Source: Vicugna vicugna
Lineage: Eukaryota
Assembly: GCA_013265495.1 (NCBI GenBank)
Contig: MU057584.1
Span: forward strand, 598,608-662,607
DNA length: 64,000 nucleotides
Direction: 5' to 3'
In this document: positions 50,901 to 63,310 of the stretch, piece after piece
Layout of the letters: each line of letters starts with the position of its first letter
Numbering within the stretch: position 1 is the stretch's first letter
Notes under the pieces: model-generated
Seen by the model: the letters and a program-made list of their open reading frames with translations, nothing else
What the model was told of the DNA's origin: nothing
The model's database searches: none
Position numbers and translations under genes: made by a program

Positions 50901-53900
50901 TCAGGATTTCTGGATCACCACCTGGAACTTACCTGGAAAAGACGGGTTGGCTTTAGCTTGAGGCAGGTCGGAGGGGAGAAGCAGAAAGCACCCCAAGAGC
51001 TCAGAGACGTTCATCCCTGCCCTGCGTGTCAGCCTGGGTGGCCTCAGGCGGGGCCTGTTTCCTCACTGGTCAGAGGGGTGATGCTCTCCGCCCACCTGCC
51101 CTGCATCCCAGGGATGTGTGGGTGACTGAGGGCACAGAGGCCAAGCATGTAGGTCGCCAGGGAGGGGCCTGGTGCAGCTTCCATGGCATGTTTTGCACAT
51201 GTTGCTCAGAGCCTGCCCACTTGGGCCCTGTGCCCCCCTGGGGACCAGCAGAGGGAAAGCACCGGGAGGGACGGGGAGTGGAGGTCTGGCTGCAGGCTGC
51301 TCCAGGTCCCTGCCTGTCCTCTGTCTGACTGAGGACTCTGTGGACCAGTGGGGCCCTGGGGGTCCAAAAGACACCCCATCACGCAGGCTGCAAGTTCTGT
51401 GGGGCCTGACTTTGGAGCCCCTGCTAGCCTCAAGGGATGGGAAGACCCCCCCACACCCCAACTCACAGGCGGGCAGGGCTGCCACGGAGGCGGTGACCAG
51501 GCTCTTGATGCCCAGGGTGCTGAGGGCGCCGCGCAGCAGGCCGCAGGTGAAGGCCAGGAACTGGGGGCGGGGGCACAGGTCACCGTGGGAAGAGAAGGCA
51601 GGCCAACACCCAGGGCCATGCTGCATGCTGGGATTTGGGCCTCACCGCGGGGTCCACCCTTTCCCGGGGTCCTGGGCTTGGGCAGGGGCCTACCTGGCGG
51701 TGGGGCTGGAGTCCCAGGACTGCCCGCATACCTTTGGCGCTTCCTCCAGGTACTGCTGGCCCGAGGCCATCCGGACAAGGAGAGGGAAGCTGTTGTCCTG
51801 CAGGACGTAGGTTCCCTGGGGACAGAGAAGGGGCTCATGGGGGCTGGGCTGGCACTGTACCTTTGTGGTGGGAGGAAGGGAAGCAGGGACCCAGTGCCCC
51901 AGCTCCTCTGCGATGAGGTCTGTGAGGACCCTTCCCTCAAAACTACTGTGGTCACAGGCCCGCCCTTCAGAGCTGCAGAAGGGTCCACGGGCTTTCAGAC
52001 CCAGGCCTGATGTCCACCCATGGGGGGTGTGTTGGTCCTCCCCACCCCCACTGCCTTCCAAGATGCAGGACTTCCCAGGGTTGTGAGAAGCTGCCAGCCA
52101 GGCTTGGGGAGCGGCCAGCTGGGCCAAGGCACAGTGCAGGTGCCCGATGGGAACTCAGACCAGGCTGAGACAGGCAGTGTCACGAGGGGCCTTCTGCCGC
52201 CCTGGGGCCACCCTGGAGGCTTGTGGTCATCTGGGAATAGCTGCAATGCCCCACTGCAGCCTCCTGGCTTCCCTTGAAGGATCAGGATCGCACAGAGGGC
52301 CCGACGGGGGCTGTGCCTGCCTCCCAGCTGGGGAGGGCCGGCTGCAACTTCCCTCCATGGTGGTCCCCCTCCCCCAGCCCTTCTGATGTCAGGTGGGGCC
52401 AGGCTTGGGCACGCACCTGGTGATTGGTGCGGAGGCTGTCCATCTGCTTTTGGAACACAGCCACCCACAGGTCTTTGCACAGGAACTTGAGGACATCCAG
52501 CTCCTCCCTGAAGGCCAGCATCTCCCGTGGCAGCCTGGGGGGCATTGGCAGACACTGTGGAGCCAGGCTGGGTTCCTGTGTGGAGCCACACCCCATCCCC
52601 GCCTGGGCATGCCCAGGAAGGGACCCCACCTTGGGCCCTGCCCACCTCTCACCTCTCGCCCAGGGCCTGGCCCACACGGAAGCCCATGCCCTCCAAGACC
52701 GATAGGCTCATCTTCTGTCCCTACAAGGCCAGGGAAGAGAGGTTCAGGGGCCTTTGGCCACCTCCACCAGGAAGCCACCCAGTGTAGCAACTGACAGTTC
52801 AGGGTGTGGAGACCCAGGAGGGAGTGCCTTCCTGCACAGGCTGGCAGGACAAGCTCAGGCCTCTGGAGTGGCAGGCTGGCTTTGTCCCTCCAGCTCGTGA
52901 CACCTCCAGTCCCTCACACGCCTCCATAGACCCCATCCGCCCTCGGGACCTGCACCCGCACCTCACTCCAGGAAAAATGAGGGTCTTCCCCAGGCTCAGC
53001 TGCACCCATGCTGGTCAGCTCTTTCCTGATAACACCAATCGATTCTGTACACACTTCGAGTGTCCATCCTTACAACACCCTACGGGGTAGCACTCTGATC
53101 ACCCCTAAAGCTCAGGATGACTTGCCCAGGGGCTCCTGGGGAACAAGGGGTCCAGAAGGTGTGGGCCCTGGCTGGGCCAGCAGGGGGCTGTAAAAGCCAG
53201 CTATGATCATCAGGCCTTAAAATACTAGCCAAGAATCCTGGGATAGATACGCAGGGGCTCAGGGGAAGGAAATGTTCCACCCGGTGCTTGGGGAAGGCAG
53301 TGGCAGCCACATGGCCTTCTGGAGGGCAGGCCAGGGTCCCACGGAGGAAAGACTAGGCACGGGGAGGTGGGCACTAGGAGGGCTGTCCTTGGTGTCTGTG
53401 TGCCTGGGGAGTGCAGACAGCGTGGTTGGGGGAGAGCTGACCTGTATGTGTTTCTTAGCCGTGTGACCTGGAGAGAGCAGAGGGAGAGAGGCCCAAACTG
53501 GGAGCATCAGAAATATCAGGACGGCCTATGGCGTGAGGCACCACGCCTCTTGGAGAAAATCTTGCAGGCCAAGGTGGGAGAACAGAGAAGAAGCAGGGGC
53601 AGGACCCGGGAGGGAAGCAGCTCTGTGGGGGTGGCCCACATCAAGAACACCCCGTAGGGTGTTGTAAGGATGGATGCTCGAAATGCGTACAGAATCGATT
53701 GGTGTTATCAGGAAAGAGCTGACCAGCATGGGTGCAGCTGAGCCTGGGGAAGACCCTCATTTTTCCTGGAGTGAGGTGCGGGTGCAGGTCCCGAGGGCGG
53801 ATGGGGTCTATGGAGGCGTGTGAGGGACTGGAGGTGTCACGAGCTGGAGGGACAAAGCCAGCCTGCCACTCCAGAGGCCTGAGCTTGTCCTGCCAGCCTG

Positions 53901-56900
53901 TGCACACCAGAGGCACATGAGAAACATACTGAATGAACAAAGTGAGGAACTGAGACTCGAGCATGCACTGGGCCTCGTACAAACCCCCTCGTTTAATTCT
54001 ATCAACCCCGCAGGGTAGGCTGCATGTCACCCCTGAAGACCGGGGCACAGAGGGGTTATTAGGAAACACCTCCCAGAGGTGCCCTCAGCCACAGGGCTGA
54101 CCTTCAGACCTGAGCAGGTCTGGCTCCTGAGAGTAGCTGGCAGCTGGGTGGGTGGCCGGGACGACCCCCACAGCTGTCCTGGCCCCAGCAGAGGTGGCCC
54201 TCTCCTCTGTCTGGCCACATGACACTCAGGCCCTAGCCCCCCATTCTGGCCTCTTCCTATGGGCACCGGGCCTGGGGTGCCCCCGCGACGCCGCTCTCTG
54301 GTGCCCTGAGGTGCAGCAGGAATGCCGCACGGGAGGGTGCGATGGCTGATGCTGACCAGGCTGAGAGGCAGTGGGGAACGCACGCCCGGAGCCAGATCAG
54401 CCCCTGACCCCCGCTGGCTGTGGGATCGGGCAGTGGCCAACTGTCCTGGCCTGTTTCCTCATGTGGACGAGGACCAGGTTGACAGCACTATTGCCAAGGG
54501 TCCTTGTGAGGATTAAGGAAGTTGGAAATGTAAACCAAGTGCTCTGAGTCGGGCTCAGGAAGGGGTTCCATCACTCACCACCTCTGCATCCATCAGCCTC
54601 CGGAATGAGCCCCCTGGCCGATGGGGGAAAGAGCCCTTGGCTGGAAGGAAAACCCCACAAAGGAGGGGCTCTGTCCTGTGTGCTGACTGATCGCAGCACA
54701 GGGATCACGGCCAACTCCCGGGTCACCTTCCTTCTAGAGGTGAGTGCCTGGAGGGGGCCAGGCTGGGCCCTGCTGACCCAGAGCACATCTGCACATCTGG
54801 GCCCCAAGGGCTCTCCACTCCCCTTTGTTCACTCCACAAACATTCCCTGGCCTTCCTCTAGGAGCTCACCTACTGTGCCTGGTGGGGGGATGACGACCTG
54901 GTGAGAGGGCTGAGCACCCCCCCTCCACCGCAGCACAGAGCAGGGCAGAGCCAGCTCCCCCAGGAGTGGTCCCAGGGTTGGGGATTACTGGGGAGGGGCC
55001 GGAAAAAGCGCGGAGAATGCAGCTTAGGCTGAGAGGTGGGGGGACAGTCAGGAGAGGTGGGGCAGGGAGGGGGCCTCTGCAGTCCAGGCTAAGGAGAATG
55101 CCTTTTCCTCACATGACAAGTGCTACACGAATGTTCTTGATGTGGGCCATATTAGAGGGGAACATAGATGGTCCCTGCCCTGATGAAGCTGGCATTCTGG
55201 GGGTAGAGGGGTAATGGCCCCAGGGGCTGCAGGGAGGGAAAAAGGCCGTGTAGTGCTCCTGGGACATGCCCTCTGTTGGGCAAGGATGCTCTCCTCTGAG
55301 GGAGCCATGTCTGTGTCTGAAGGGAGAGTTAAGCAGGGGAGGGGGGTGGGGGAGGGCAGATGCCCCAGGCCCAGTTCACAGCCAGGACAGCAGCCTTGAG
55401 CAGGGACAGCCAGAGTCATCAGGGTCCTCAGCCCAGCCGGGGAGCTCTGAGGGGGTGTGGGGGGATTTCCCAAGTTCAGGTTTCCCTTAGGTGAGCTTCT
55501 GACTGCTTGAGTGTGAATTCTGGCCCTGGGTGAGCTCTCTAATGTCCCATGCCTCAGGGTCCCCACATGGGAACTGTGGTGAGTGACAAGCAGCTCACTC
55601 CAGAGCTGCTGTTACTGTTGGACCCACTGTCCCCAGCCCTCGATGGGGGCCAGTTAAACATCTACTGAAGGGACTGTGGGAGGCAGGGAGATGGGGAGTG
55701 GAGGGCAGAGGGCAGGCAGGGGGTGGGAGGAGGGTGGAGAAGGAGGCAGAAGCCTCACCTGCTTTCACAGCAGGACTCGGAGGCATTCAACCCCAGTCCC
55801 CACAAAAGCTCTTCATACACTAGGAGTTTCTCCTTCCTATGGAGGGCAAGGTGGGCTCTCTCATCCCGTTGGAAGCTTCTGGAGCCCAGCCCAACCTAGT
55901 CGGTGCCCTTCTGGGCTCCCATAACAGCCCGCTGAGAGGAAACGAGATGTTGGGAGAAACACGGAGGACCCTCCCCCGCCAAGAAGGCTTATCAGTGTCA
56001 GCATGAAGCGCATCCAACAAAGAGCACGGATGCTCGGAGGAAGGGACGATGGGACAAAGGAAAGTTCTTGGAAGTGAAAAATATGGTAGCCCAAATAAAC
56101 ATTTGTTCACAAGGGAGCTGAAAAATGGACAAACCTGGCAAGTAGATAAAACCTCACAGGTCATTAAGAAGAAACCACGAGGTAGGGGAAAAAAAGAAAA
56201 ACGAGATAAAAGTCAACTCGTGGAAGAGATCCAGGAAGTCTAGTATTCATCCGAGTGCCAAAAATGGAACAAAGCAGGAGAAAAAACAATGAGAGATTTA
56301 AACATTCATTCAAGCGTTCAGACTGAAAAGGGCCACAGAGTAGGATGAATGGAAAACAAGCCAACCAAACTGGCCGCCCGCCCCTTCCTGGACTGAAGAG
56401 ACCAGAGGCTGGCTCAGGGGCTGGCTGGGGGGCCGTCTGCCTGGCTCTCCTGCCTGCCCTACCCCTTGCTTATTTGTGAGGTTCAACCCCCACCCGTGGA
56501 GCCACTCTGAGCTGGGCCAGGGCATCCCGGGAAGGAGCGGCCCTGCTTCCTGCCTTAAGACAAGCCCGGGGAGAAGGGATGACTTTGATCTACCTCAAGG
56601 TGAATGGTCCCAGGAGACCCAAAAGCAGCGCAGTGAGAGACCAGGTGAGTGAGAGGGAAAAGCCAGCACACTTCCCAGCCTGTCACCCTGGCCTCTCCCC
56701 ACTCACCCACCCAGGCAGCTCCAAACACCCACTCCAGCCACAGCAGCGCCCTGCCCCCGCCCAGTCTCCACGTAGTCAGGGAGGTCTTTCTAAAAAGTAC
56801 ATCTGAGCCTGGCACACCTCAGTTGAAACTTTCTATGGCTCCCATGACCCTTGGGTCAGAGACCCAGTTCCTGCGTGGAGACCCAACCACTGGCTCGGTG

Positions 56901-59900
56901 GCCTCAGATGCCCTGCGCCCTCTCCCGGCCTCTGTCCCCTGCTGTCCACTTTGCCGGGATCCAGTTGGTTTCCCAGGTTCTTGCCAGACGACAGGGACAG
57001 TATCTGATAGCTGCTATCTGCACCCCAGGCCCTCCTGAGAGAAGGGGCTGGCCTGGGTGCTTGCTGGGCCTCAGTGGATGAAGGCTGCCCCGGCAGAGCT
57101 GTTCCTTGGCCACCGGCCAGGGCTCACAGTACTGGGTGACAACGCATTACACACACACAGGAGTTCACTCCTTTGCCCACAGTGTTCCCTGAGGTGGAAA
57201 AACCACTGCCTCCTCCTCCTCCCAGAACTTTTCCTGCTTCGGTAACAAAGGTCTTTTGACTCCTGGTCCCTCTGGCTGGTCTCCCATTCAACTTGCAGCC
57301 GTCCAGGAGAATCCATTCACCAGCTACAAATAACCAGGCAGCACAGGGAGATCAAAAAGCCCTAAACAGTGACTGTGGCCCCTGGGTGCCTGTGCTGCAG
57401 GGACATGTGCTCAAGAAGCTCCAAGGCTGGTGGGAGGGGCACACCTGACACCACAGACGAGCTCAGGAGTGGATGCCCGGGTCCTGATTTAGCCTCTGAT
57501 CATGCGGCGTTGGGAAGGTCCTCCCTCTTGGGCCCCTCAGTCCCTCCTCTGTAAAGTAGAATGCTGACATCCACCCCGGAGGGCTGTTCTGAGGATGAAA
57601 TCCAGTAAGATCCTGTGCTGGAGACACGAGAAGTACCTGAGAGTACCTGCATGTGGTTCAGACAGGACACTTTCTGGACCAAAGAGAAGGAACAGAGATG
57701 GGAGGGGCCAGGAACAAAAGACAAAAGACTGTGGGGAAACAGAGCGGTTGCCCAAGACGTGCCCCTGAGAAACAGGACTCCTCAGCTTGAAGGAACGTGA
57801 ACTCTTGTGAGCCCAGGCCACCTCCCGGCCCAGCTCGGCCAGAATCTCTGGTGTGGGACCCTAGCATCGCAACTGCGGTGACAGCCAGGCAGAGGGCCAC
57901 AGCCCAAGGGTCTCGGGCATGCTTGTGCTCTGAAAGCCCTGTAGTGAGCAAACCAGAGGAACCCTGTGTTCCCCACACTGGCTTGGCAGCAGAAACTCAT
58001 TAAAATCTTCCTGAAGAGTGTCAGGGAGGACAGAGAAAGATAGGAGAGCGTTTATGGCACAGGCTTTGGAAGTGGGAGGCCCAGTAACATTCCTGACTCC
58101 GCCACTTGACCACAAGGACTCCATCCATCAAAGCCTCTGTCTGCTCATCTACAAAGTGGGGAGGATCAAATGAGACTAGGAGCATGAGGCCCATGAGACA
58201 ACATGGTAGGTGCTATTATTGGTCACAGTATTAAATGAATTTCGGTTCCCACCTCCATCCTCCACAGCCCAGGGGCTGCACTCACTCCTTCAGCAAATCC
58301 ACATACCATTCTGTGGTGATACCCAGAACTGGTCCCCACCCACACAGCACACAGCCCAGCAGAGGAGCTGGATATGAATCAAAGGATCACACCGATACAG
58401 AATTCAGATAGATATTTATCGTGATGTGGGGGAGGGGGGCTGTGGGAATGGAACAAGGATACCTCACTTCCACTGGGGATTCAGGGAGGGCTTCCCTGAG
58501 GAAGGGGCATTTGAGCCCAGATCTGAAAGATTCATAGGTGTCAGGGCAGAGAAGATGTGACAGATGAAATGAGCATGGAGATAAGGGGGAGGCTGGTACG
58601 GGGCAGAGAGGAGAAAGCCTGGACTAAGGCAGGGAGGGTCCAGAAGGGAAACAAATTTATACCCCCAGACAGGCAGGGCCTGGTTGATGGCTGGAGGCAA
58701 GGGAGTAAAGGCAGATGTTGGGGACTCCTGGGTTTCTGGCTTGCAAGCTAGGAAGGATGGGGTGCTGAGATACTGCAACCCCCTCCCCAATGCACAGTCC
58801 CCGCCTCGTTTTCTCTTTCTCACAGCATTAACGATATATAATCATTTATTTGTCTCCCCCACTACCATATAAACTCCTGGGGGCCAAGGGTTTTGCATGG
58901 TGGGCTGAGTCTTCCCCAGGCCCTACAGCAGAGCCTGGCACTTGACAGATTTTATTTACAGTTTAAGTGAATGAGCTCAAGAAAACTATGTTGAGATGAT
59001 AAAAACACTTGTGAGGGCTCCTAAATTGGAAAGAACACCTAGGCCAATAAAAAACAAGTCTTGTAAGTAGATGATGATGAGGAGGATCATAAAAAGAATA
59101 TTAATGAAAAAAGGAAGCACAGCCCCCGTTTATTAAGCATCTACTATCTCCCCCACCCGTTTCTTGGTAACAGATTTTATAACATGTTTTGAGGGCTGAC
59201 TATGTGCTAGACTTCCCACTAAGTGTTACAAACTTTGAGCATTTATTTTTCGTAAGTCCAACTTCCAAAATGCCAAGCACGCTCCTTTTGCAGGGCTTCC
59301 ACCCTATTCCCTCTCCCTGGAATGCTCTTTCCCTCACTTGCTCCCCAGGCTTGCTCCCTCCTTTCTCTTCTCAGAAAGTCCTTCCTCCACCATCCATCAC
59401 TCCATTCCTTTTCTTTCCCCAACTCTCCTGAAGCTTTTTTTTTTTAAATAGAACTTCTCACTAACTGATGGCATATTCTATTTTTTATTGTTTGACTCCC
59501 CTACTGAAATGTAAGCTTCGCAAGGACAGGAAAACAGTGCCCGGAAGACAACAAGCGCTCAGGAAGTTTGTTGACTGAATAAATGTCTCACTTTGAGTCT
59601 CAGGTGTTTACAAGGGAGGAAACTGAGTCACAGAGATCGAATCATCTGCTCTCACACCTAATGTGAGTGGTGCAGGCGGGATCAACCCTGGCAGTAAGTT
59701 CTCAATATATATCTTATAACAGTAATTATCGTAACTACGATCCGCTTAGTCTGTGCCAGACTTTGGACTAAGAGCTTTACCCGAACTGGCTCAGTTCCAG
59801 TTCCCGCGAGGACCTCAGGTCCCGCGAGGACCGCCCGGCTGCGACCTCCGCTTTCCATAGTTGGAAGCCAGCGCCCGAGGTCGCCGAGCGAGGCAAGGGC

Positions 59901-60086
59901 GGGGCAGGGGTTCGACTGGGAACTCTTCCGCGCTCCCCGGGACCTCGACCCAGCCTTCCCGCAACGGCCAGTGCCTCCTCCCCTCTGGGGCCCGGCGCTC
60001 ACCCCGGGACTGGGGTCGGGGTCGTGCGCCCACAGCTCCGCCACCATCTCTGTGTGCAGAAACTCGAACAGTGCCGCGTCCGCCAT
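50901..60086 (-). CDS. TRAPPC6A: Trafficking protein particle complex subunit 6A, 159 aa: complement(join(60086-60003,52720-52653,52534-52417,51815-51732,51560-51467,50932-50901))
   Basis: MADAALFEFLHTEMVAELWAHDPDPSPG / GQKMSLSVLEGMGFRVGQALGER / LPREMLAFREELDVLKFLCKDLWVAVFQKQMDSLRTNHQ / GTYVLQDNSFPLLVRMASGQQYLEEAPK / FLAFTCGLLRGALSTLGIKSLVTASVAALPA / CKFQVVIQKS-TGA. Bet3/Trs33-family sequence; all junctions GT-AG with consistent phase. Confidence 0.96.
52833..53088 (+). repeat. Left arm of 256-bp inverted repeat in TRAPPC6A intron 1
   Basis: Reverse complement of 53649-53904, with only 4 mismatches (53051, 53054, 53061, 53062). Confidence 0.97.
53649..53904 (-). repeat. Right arm of 256-bp inverted repeat in TRAPPC6A intron 1
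   Basis: Reverse complement of 52833-53088. Matching peptides appear on opposite strands in the ORF track (e.g. MQLSLGKTLIFPGVRCGCRSRG at 52799-53005 - and 53732-53920 +). Confidence 0.97.
59270..59585 (+). mobile_element. L2 3'-end fragment
   Basis: ccctctccctggaatgctctttccc...aatgtaagcttc...tttgttgactgaataaatg, a typical L2 tail. Similar fragments at ~11060-11340 and ~45200-45710. Confidence 0.6.
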
Positions 60087-60730
60087 GCGCCAGCCTCACA
60101 CGCCCACAGACAGCCCAGCGCTTCGTGCTGTCATTGGCCCGGCTGGACAAGCCCCGCCTCTTCCACCTAAGTTCGAGCCTGCCTACTCTCGATTCCATTG
60201 GTGTTTCAGGCTAGCCCCGCCTTCCTTTTCTGGACTCTCGTGGTGCGCGCGTGAACCTGGGAGACTAGAGGGAAAAGCTGCTTTTCCTACATTGGCCGCG
60301 AGTGACAGGTAGCTCCGCCCTTCCCTGTCTCGTCCCTGTTTCCGGGTCCTCGAGCATTTCCATTGGCCGAGTCACTGGTTACACGTGACATCTCGTCTTT
60401 TAGAATCCCTATTTGTCCACTCCTCTCACAGCACAACGCGGAAGCGGCAGCCCAACCGCTTTCCTATTGGCCGTACCTATATCCACGTGACTCCACACGC
60501 GCCCTCCAAGCTGGTCCTGAGGGCTTGCTTCAGAGTTGGTAGCCGCACGGCCCACGTGATTGGCCGCCGACACCCGCCCAATCTGCTCTCTCATTGGTTG
60601 GGGCTTGTCGCCCTCCTCCCTCGGTAAAGACGCAGCACTTCGGCTGGGTAGCGGATCTCGCAGGCTCGGAGCTTCGGTGACCCGGTACCGTCTTCAGTGG
60701 TAGAGCTCCCCGTCCCGCCCCGACTAGCTC
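60087..60730. promoter_or_regulatory. Bidirectional CpG-island promoter shared by TRAPPC6A (-) and BLOC1S3 (+)
   Basis: Head-to-head genes and CpG-rich sequence. Eight CCAAT/ATTGG boxes (60133, 60197, 60291, 60362, 60466, 60559, 60578, 60593), three CACGTG E-boxes (60382, 60484, 60553) and GC boxes. Confidence 0.85.
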
Positions 60731-61168
60731 ATTCTTCCTAGAGTCATCTGGACTGTCACCCTTTCTATGACTCAGGCACTGGTCCCTGAACGGCTCCTGA
60801 GAGCCCGTGTGCTTCCCAATCTGACATAGGCTTGGAGGCCAGTGTGGAGGGTGTGGCCTCTGCTCGGAGGCAAAATCGGACAGAGCTTTATTTGGGACTC
60901 TGGGAGCTCGTGCTTCAGAGCCTTGATCAAGCTGGTGGTCTTCAGTTTCCCCATTAGTACACTGAAGAGGTTGCAGTCCAGTAGCCCCCATCATCAGGGA
61001 TAATCTCTGTTTGCAGAAAAGGAAACAAGCCCAGGCAGGGGAAGTGGATGGCCCCAAGCCGCTAAGATAGTGGTGGGGCTGAGAATTCAGAACTTGCGCC
61101 TTTTAACCACCATAGGGCGCCCGCGCCTCATACCGTCCCTACGCGCGCCTTCTCCCTAGCTCGGTGCC

Positions 61169-61777
61169 ATGGCGTCCCAGAGTCGTCAGCGGAGGCCGCT
61201 GCGGAGGCCTGAGACGGTGGTGCCGGGGGAGGCGGCCGAGACGGACTCGGAGTTCTCTGCGTCCTCGTCGGAGGAGGAGGAGCTGTACCTGGGCCCCACT
61301 GGCCCGACGCGAGGCCGCCCCACGGGGCTGCGGGTGGCTGGGGAGGCCGCGGAGACCGACTCAGACCCGGAGCCGGAGCCGGAGCCGAAAGCCGCGCCGA
61401 GGGACCTGCCTCCTCTTGTTGTGCAGCGGGAGACGGCCGGGGAGGCCTGGGGCGAGGAGGAGGCCCCGACGCCCGCTCTCGCGCGCTCCCTGCTGCAGCT
61501 CCGGCTGGCTGAGAGCCAGGCGCGGCTGGACCACGATGTAGCGGCCGCGGTGAGCGGCGTGTACCGTCGCGCGGGCCGCGATGTGGCCGCTCTGGCCGGT
61601 AGGCTGGCGGCTGCCCAAGCGGCAGGATTGGCGGCGGCCCACAGCGTGCGCCTGGCGCGGGGGGACCTGTGCGCTCTGGCCGAACGCCTGGATATCGTGG
61701 CTGGCTGCCGCCTGCTGCCCGACATCCGCGGCGTGCCGGGAACCGAGCCGGAGCGAGAGCCGGGACCGCTGGCCTAG
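61169..61777 (+). CDS. BLOC1S3: Biogenesis of lysosome-related organelles complex 1 subunit 3, 202 aa, single coding exon
   Basis: MASQSRQRRPLRRPETVVPGEAAETDSE...SSSEEEELYLGP...SLLQLRLAESQARLDHDVAAAVSGVYRRAGRDVAALAGRL...LDIVAGCRLLPDIRGVPGTEPE. gccATGg Kozak context. An acceptor-like ccttctccctag just upstream implies a 5'-UTR intron. Confidence 0.96.
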   Translation: MASQSRQRRPLRRPETVVPGEAAETDSEFSASSSEEEELYLGPTGPTRGRPTGLRVAGEAAETDSDPEPEPEPKAAPRDLPPLVVQRETAGEAWGEEEAPTPALARSLLQLRLAESQARLDHDVAAAVSGVYRRAGRDVAALAGRLAAAQAAGLAAAHSVRLARGDLCALAERLDIVAGCRLLPDIRGVPGTEPEREPGPLA

Positions 61778-63310
61778 CCATGACCCACTCTCCCTCCTGA
61801 CTATGTCCTGGGGGTAGGCTCTGTGCCCCTCTCATCATGCTGTTACCCTCAGGGCTAACCCCGCTCCGTGAACAATACTGAGTGTCTGTGTCTGTGTGTG
61901 GATGGCTGGGTGGGTGTAATGGTGTGCAGCCCCGCTGGGCCTTAGCATCAGGTTCCTCCCCCTGGTCCTGGCTCTTGCTGCCTGGTGCTATGCCTGTGTC
62001 TGAAGCTTGGCTCCAGCTCTTGGGTAACTAGCATCTCCTTGATGTGTCTCCATCTTGGGGACTCACTGGGCATCACCTTTACTTTGTCTCTGCCTCAGTT
62101 TGGTTTCTCAGTTGGGCTGGTCTTGCTTCTTTCTCCCCCCAGGATCCCCAGAATCTAGCGGGGATCCCTGATGTCTTCCTTTACTCCTTTGGCTCCAGTT
62201 CTGGAATTTTGTCCCCCTAGTCTAGGCCCTTTTTCTGCTCCCAAGGCTTGGCCCTGATTCCATCCCCTCCTTCTAGTCCTTGCTCTGCTATCTCCTGGTT
62301 CCTTGTGCTTAGTTCCACCTCCTTGGCCTGATCTTGTTTCCTAGGCCCGGCTGTACCCTTAGGTTTGGTGCTGCTGCTTTTTGCTTCTCCCATCCTGCTT
62401 AAAATACCTATCTGATCCTGGGCTGCAGGGACCCTCTATGGTTTCTTTCATCAAGATGAGGTCCCCTCCTGATCCCAAGGGGGTCCCCCTCCCAGCTCTC
62501 CAGGTCCAAGGTGACATCTCCTCCAGACCTGAGTTGGTGTGTCCTCCCCACCTCCAGGCCAAACTCCAGAGACAAGATGAGCCTCCTCCTGACTCTCCAG
62601 GCTGAGACCCCTGTGACACTCAAGGCCCAAAACAGACTTGCCCTGGAACTTGGGGCACAAGATGACACCACTTTGCAGATAAGGACCACGTGCATTGTGT
62701 CTGTTCATCATGTTGGCCCTTCAGTGCTTAAAGGACTTGGATTTCTGGGGCTCAGGGCCTGGGGTTAGCTCCTTTCTTCTCACCTGCTCCATCTTCCCCT
62801 CCCAGCCCTAGTCCCTAAGTCCCATTCACGTGCATTCCCCTACCCCACTCTCTTATTATCCCAACCGGAAGCCGAGATCTGAGCCCCCAGGATGGGGAAG
62901 TGGGGAAGAGTGCTGTGTGGCTGACTCAGCAGACTCACTGGATAGCCTCTCCCAACTGCAGAGGAGGCAGCCGCACTGCCTGTGTTCTGGAAGAAGCCTG
63001 GGAATTCATCCTGGGGCTGAGTGGAGGGGAAATAAGAGGTTATTTGGCCTGGGGTGGGGTGGGAGGATTACATTCTGCAAATGGGAGGATTGAGAGAATG
63101 AATGTACACTCTTTCTCTACCTGACCTAAAACAGAAAAATGGAGAAAGAAACTTCCTATTAGGGTTGGCTGTTGCAGTGCCTTGAGCCCGGCCGGTTTAC
63201 ACCCCCACCCCCAACTCCCTGTGGAAGTGACGGCTTCCTTCCGATGGCAAACCCAGCATCAGCCATGGGTCTTATCTTTGCCAATCTGAGAGGTGAAAAA
63301 TGGTACTCGG

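Noticed and set aside
52799..53920. Duplicated peptides on opposite strands as a duplicated gene or transposon terminal inverted repeats
   Set aside because: They simply reflect the inverted repeat. No TSD flanks the outer ends, there is no transposase, and one arm truncates a MIR.
61128..61838. 236-aa and 179-aa antisense ORFs over BLOC1S3
   Set aside because: Shadows of a GC-rich CDS within a CpG island.
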